Shown piece after piece: positions 60,501 through 64,000 of a stretch of 64,000 bases of DNA. Source of the stretch: Nitrospirota bacterium. GTDB lineage: Bacteria > Nitrospirota > UBA9217. The notes under the pieces were generated by a model that ran no database searches, was not told the origin of the DNA, and saw only the letters and a program-made list of their open reading frames with translations. The number at the start of each line of letters is the position of its first letter. The stretch's first letter is position 1. The stretch lies in assembly GCA_963737155.1 (NCBI GenBank), contig CAVTRN010000001.1:32001-96000 (forward strand), read 5' to 3'. The position numbers were made by a program, and so were the translations under genes.

Positions 60501-61154
60501 ACGCCGTCTGTCAGTGGCAGTAATGGGACTATCAGCCCGTCAACCGCCCAGACGGTTAGCTACAACACGACGACGGCATTCACCGTAGCGCCGGCCGCGG
60601 GATACACCGCCTCCGTGGGTGGTACCTGCGGCGGCACGCTGAACGGCACCACATACACAACAGCCGCGATCACGGCGAACTGCACGGTTGTGGCGAGCTT
60701 CACGATCAAAACGTTTACCGTGACGCCGTCGGTCAGCGGCAGTAATGGGACCATCAGCCCGTCGACCGCCCAGACGGTTAGCTACGATTTAGCAACAACG
60801 TTCACCGTAACGCCGGCCACGGGATACACCGCCTCGGTAGGCGGCACCTGCGGCGGCACGCTGAACGGCAACACGTATACGACGGCCGCGATCACGGCGA
60901 ACTGCACGGTTGTGGCGAGCTTCTCGATCAAAACGTTTACCGTGACGCCATCGGTCAGCGGGAGTAATGGGACCATCAGCCCGCCAACTGTCCAGACGGT
61001 CAACTACAACACGACGATGGCATTCACCGTAACGCCGGCCGCGGGATACACCGCCTCGGTAGGTGGTACCTGCGGCGGGACGCTGTCGGGAAATAAATAT
61101 ACGACGGACGCCATCACGGCGAACTGCACTGTTGTGGCGAGCTTCTCGAAATAG
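57501..61154 (+). CDS. Large surface lipoprotein: four Big_5-type Ig domains and tandem InlB-like repeats
   Basis: Lipobox LSTC, P.V....P...FSE.M...WSFTT domains, and 447-bp and 222-bp internal repeats with GGTCGG...NCTV. Confidence 0.85.
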   Translation: MRKRFIILMVLQAAVMLLSTCGQKGPLPAAPITPPTVTSITPTDGALNVSVTINNGIVITFSNEMDASTINNKTITLCYNGEQSSVPSSVIYSNANGKFTAVLLPSVVLNPSTLYTVTVANTVMDTTGIAMSAAFTSSFITGVTMPLRVIDVQPEDRSQNVSTTTAISIMFSQPVDPSTVSSDTIILSTPTGNVPGNVYYNAATASATFEPLSPLPPNSIYIVNVTTGVQTVSGTPMTDAFVASFVTGAGPDIAAPMVMSALTIPSTTASAADVNTPISVTFSEPMLLTGLTPSSIIVSNGTTGIPGTIMYVDNTVIFMPSTSLAPSTLYTVSIPEAVSDLSLNSLSSEYTWSFTTEPEASDSVPPAVLSTFPTSSAVNVPIYNDVVALCSEAVLTSSITPTTTFTLVDGNGTSIPGWVTSSGATLVFTPTQPLAYSTNYVAEITSHATNLAGNPLVSNTSGGYAWSFTTEAIATFIITASTAGGNGSITPSGAVMLVSGATQTFSITPNAGYQIADVLVDGVSVGAVASYAFTNVTANHTISASFSIITNTITATVSSGSGSISPSGSMTVNYGASQTFTFTPATGYSVAGVLVDGVSVGVVTSYAFNNVTTSHTISVSFSIDAFTVTSSVTGSNGTISPSTAQTVTYNATTAFTVTPSTGYTASVGGTCGGTLNGTTYTTNAITANCTVVASFSINGNTITATVSSGSGSISPSGSVSVNYGASQTFTITPATGYSVASVLVDGVSAGAVTSYTFTDVIANHTISASFSIKTFTVTPSVSGSNGTISPSAAQTVSYNTTTAFTVTPATGYTGTVGGTCGGTLNGTTYTTNAITANCTVVASFSINTNTITATVSSGSGSISPSGSVAVNYGASQAFTITPATGYSVAGVLVDGVSVGALTSYTFTDVITNHTISASFSIKTYTVTPSVSGSNGTISPSTAQTVSYDLATTFTVTPATGYTAVMGGTCGGTLNGNTYTTNAITANCTVVASFSIKTLTVTPSVSGSNGTISPSTAQTVSYNTTTAFTVAPAAGYTASVGGTCGGTLNGTTYTTAAITANCTVVASFTIKTFTVTPSVSGSNGTISPSTAQTVSYDLATTFTVTPATGYTASVGGTCGGTLNGNTYTTAAITANCTVVASFSIKTFTVTPSVSGSNGTISPPTVQTVNYNTTMAFTVTPAAGYTASVGGTCGGTLSGNKYTTDAITANCTVVASFSK

Positions 61155-61764
61155 CCTGCTCGACATCGGCATGCCCGGGCAAACCAGAGAGCATACCACC
61201 CAGCCATACTGCATGCGTGAATCACTTATCACTACTCAACGATTACCGATTCGTTCGACGCAGCATTAAACTACATTCCCCGCCCGTTCGAAATCGTGAG
61301 AATTACGGAAAGTTACATCGCATCCACACGCGCCGGTGCACGTTTGAAAGTGGAGCCCGGGGAACTCGTATCACCAAGAATATGAAGATTCCTGTTTGAA
61401 GCTTTTAGTCAAACCTGTATACTGAAACGTTGGAGTTTCCATTCCTGGCAACAGGAAACACTTCATTCCGTTCCATACATACAACGACACTTAAATTAAC
61501 CCCATCCCTCTTCTTGATTTCTTCTTTCATGTTAATCTCCGCCCATAGGACAAAACCCGATAGATAAAATCAGACGAACACCGATGTTCTTTTCATGGTT
61601 ATTACAGTATGTTTAGATGGGTTTCCTTATCACCGTCGGTAATGACCAAAGTTCATGAGAAGACTGATTTCCCGATACAGTGGCGTCGGTCCGTACGCGC
61701 CGCTTTCGCGGGCAACAAACCCTGCCACTTTCAAATATTAATTCCTTAAGAGGAGGAAATCACC

Positions 61765-63579
61765 ATGCCTTGGACACAAATAGCTGACCCATTAGGGAAT
61801 CTCGCACTGTCGGCTCTCATGGCCGCGGTTCCCATCATCTATCTTTTCTGGGCCCTCGCTTATAAGCGCATGAGGGGCCATTGGGCTGCCATCAGCGCTG
61901 TCGCAATAGCACTGGCCATCGCAATTGCGGGATACGGAATGCCGGTCAAATATGCGGTGCTTTCGACGCTCTACGGCTGTTTGTTCGGCTTGTGGCCGGT
62001 TTGCTGGATTGTCATCACCGCACTTTTCATCTACAACCTTTCTGTGAAGACCGGTCAATTCGAGGTCATCAAGAATTCTCTTGCCGCGATTTCGGACGAT
62101 CGCCGCATGCAGGCCCTTTTGATCGCCTTTTCTTTCGGAGCGTTCATGGAAGGCGCAGCGGGTTTCGGCACCCCTGTGGCTATTACCGCCGCGATGCTGG
62201 CGGGGCTCGGCTTCAACCCGCTCTATGCAGCGGGCGTGTGCCTCATCGCGAACACGGCTCCGGTTGCCTACGGTGCAATCGGGATACCGATCATTGTCGG
62301 CGCGCAAATATCCGGGGTGAACGAACTGGCGTTGAGCCAGATGGTAGGCCGCACCCTGCCGTTCCTGAGCGTCCTGATCCCGCTCTATCTCACGATTCTC
62401 ATGGCTGGATGGAGGAAGGGCCTCGAAGTATGGCCGGCTTGCCTCGTGAGCGGCGGGTCCTTTGCGCTCGTGCAGTTTTTAGCTTCCAACTATCTCGGCC
62501 CGATGCTCCCCGATATCCTGGCGGCCCTCGTCTCCATTATCTGCCTGACCGCCTTCCTCAGGTTCTGGCACCCGAAGGAGAGCTGGACCTTCGATCATGA
62601 AGCTGCCGCAACGGGCAAGGAGAAGCTGAGATATTCCGGTGGACAGATATTCAGGGCATGGGCACCGTTCATTATTCTGTCGGTCTTTGTCGCTGCCTGG
62701 GGTGTTAAGCCCATCAAGGACGCCCTCGACTATCTCTTTATCATCAAGTTCCCGATACCCGGACTCCACAATATGGTGATAAGGGAAGTTAAACCGATGG
62801 CCGCGGTTTACGTCTTCAATGTCCTGAGTGCGGCAGGCACCGCCATCCTCTTTGCGGGGCTCTTCTCGGTTCCGGTGATGGGTGCGTCCTTTTCGACCGC
62901 ACTCACGGTCGCGGCAGATACCCTGAAGAAGCTACGCTGGCCGATCTTTACGATCTCGTCAATCCTCGGCTTTGCGTATATCATGAATTTCTCGGGGATG
63001 GCCGTAACTCTCGGCAATGCTTTTGCCTTGACCGGTCCGCTCTTCCCCTTCTTTGCCGCGTTCCTCGGATGGCTCGGCGTGTTCATGACGGGCTCGGACA
63101 CCTCTTCGAACGCCCTCTTTGGAAAACTCCAGGCGATCACGGCTGATAGGATAGGCATTGACCCCGTCGTAACGGTGGGTGCCAATTCCGCGGGCGGCGT
63201 TTGCGGAAAGATGATCTCTCCCCAGTCCCTGTCCGTGGCGACCGCAGCTGTAGGGCTCGTGGGGCATGAATCGGACATCTTCCGCTTCACGCTTAAACAC
63301 TCGATCATCCTGACCGCCGTCATCGGCATCATGGCGTATCTCCAGGCCTATGTAATTAAGTGGATTGTTCCAATCTACACAAAGGCGTCAACGGCCGTAT
63401 CTGCCGCGGCACCCGCTGCCGCAGCGGTTGCGGCGGCGGTTCCGAAACCGGCAACATTGCCGGCAGCAGTGGTGTTTCCTCTAGAAGGGTTGAGCTATCT
63501 GGCAATGACCGCCACGGCAGTTATCATTGTCGTGGTCATGGCAAGAATCTTCGGTAAAGACAGGACCGCAACATCATAA
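61765..63579 (+). CDS. lctP: L-lactate permease
   Basis: EGAAGFGTP, ANTAPVAYG, GSDTSSNALFG and GKMISPQS; GAGGAGG RBS. Confidence 0.93.
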   Translation: MPWTQIADPLGNLALSALMAAVPIIYLFWALAYKRMRGHWAAISAVAIALAIAIAGYGMPVKYAVLSTLYGCLFGLWPVCWIVITALFIYNLSVKTGQFEVIKNSLAAISDDRRMQALLIAFSFGAFMEGAAGFGTPVAITAAMLAGLGFNPLYAAGVCLIANTAPVAYGAIGIPIIVGAQISGVNELALSQMVGRTLPFLSVLIPLYLTILMAGWRKGLEVWPACLVSGGSFALVQFLASNYLGPMLPDILAALVSIICLTAFLRFWHPKESWTFDHEAAATGKEKLRYSGGQIFRAWAPFIILSVFVAAWGVKPIKDALDYLFIIKFPIPGLHNMVIREVKPMAAVYVFNVLSAAGTAILFAGLFSVPVMGASFSTALTVAADTLKKLRWPIFTISSILGFAYIMNFSGMAVTLGNAFALTGPLFPFFAAFLGWLGVFMTGSDTSSNALFGKLQAITADRIGIDPVVTVGANSAGGVCGKMISPQSLSVATAAVGLVGHESDIFRFTLKHSIILTAVIGIMAYLQAYVIKWIVPIYTKASTAVSAAAPAAAAVAAAVPKPATLPAAVVFPLEGLSYLAMTATAVIIVVVMARIFGKDRTATS

Positions 63580-63589
63580 ATAATCGCCG

Positions 63590-63632
63590 ATGAGGGGCAG
63601 AAGGGAAGAACTCCCTCTGCCCCTCATTTTTT
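63590..63632 (+). terminator. Intrinsic terminator
   Basis: ATGAGGGGCAGA...TCTGCCCCTCAT followed by a T run. Confidence 0.85.
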
Positions 63633-63786
63633 GGACCATGTGCCATAAGGGCTAAGAAAGCTTTGCATGAATCACCTCCGTGATACTATTACCTTCATCC
63701 GGACTTTTCCAAGTGTATTCGAGTCCTGCCGTTGCTAGAGGGTTGTCTTTGGTGCCGCAATGGATGCGATACAGAGGAGACCAGTA

Positions 63787-64000
63787 ATGTTTGATATATT
63801 TAAAGCGGGAGCCGAAGCTGCAGGCAACACCGATGTCCGGCGGTTTTCCACGAAAGCCGAGGCGCTAAACTTTATCCAAGGGTATTTCGAGAAGGAAGAC
63901 ATAAAGGATGCGGCCGGTTCCTATGCGGTCTGGGCCGACTGCCCGTTCCTCAAAGGTGTCGACACAAAAGCCCTTGCAGCCAGGATTCCCGGCCTGCAAT
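63787..64000 (+). CDS. LutC/YkgG-like lactate utilisation protein (partial)
   Basis: GAGGAG RBS; MFDIFKAGAEAA...; open to the window edge and adjacent to lctP. Confidence 0.55.
   Translation, partial: MFDIFKAGAEAAGNTDVRRFSTKAEALNFIQGYFEKEDIKDAAGSYAVWADCPFLKGVDTKALAARIPGLQ

Noticed and set aside
45077-61154. CRISPR array or DGR template/variable repeats
   Set aside because: The repeats are in-frame protein modules without unique spacers, I saw no adenine-specific mismatch pattern, and there are no cas or RT genes.

Overview
Bacterial chromosomal window with two halves. Positions 1-34.3 kb form a dense, partly AT-rich defence island 3' of a tRNA-fMet gene (34303-34379, minus strand). It holds a class-2 DISARM-like locus (DrmA helicase running off the left edge, NERD-UvrD helicase, two unknown genes) next to a complete EcoRII-type Dcm/Vsr/REase operon. 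It also holds a divergent LexA-like repressor with an MBL hydrolase and a membrane protein, a Lamassu/ABC-3C system, an Sll1717-type ATPase-nuclease, GIY-YIG and PIG-L genes, and a phosphoesterase. The strongest candidate for an undescribed system is a Septu (PtuA/PtuB) pair translationally coupled to an NspC-like PLP decarboxylase and a DUF3326 protein. It sits back-to-back with an operon encoding a kinase-fold/NDT fusion and a variant MfnB. Several degenerate tRNA-fMet fragments (14196, 28295, 36310, 36431, 39328), a decayed tRNA-Leu and a tyrosine-integrase relic suggest stepwise accretion at the tRNA. Positions 34.9-64 kb hold a TA-carrying ISL3 element that splits a ParE toxin gene (exact 8-bp TSD), two near-identical 150-bp palindromic IS200/IS605-type miniature elements, an IS3 remnant, vapBC, a GT-C glycosyltransferase, a cluster of repeat-rich surface lipoproteins and the start of a lactate utilisation locus. 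All family calls come from reading motifs by eye; no database searches were run.
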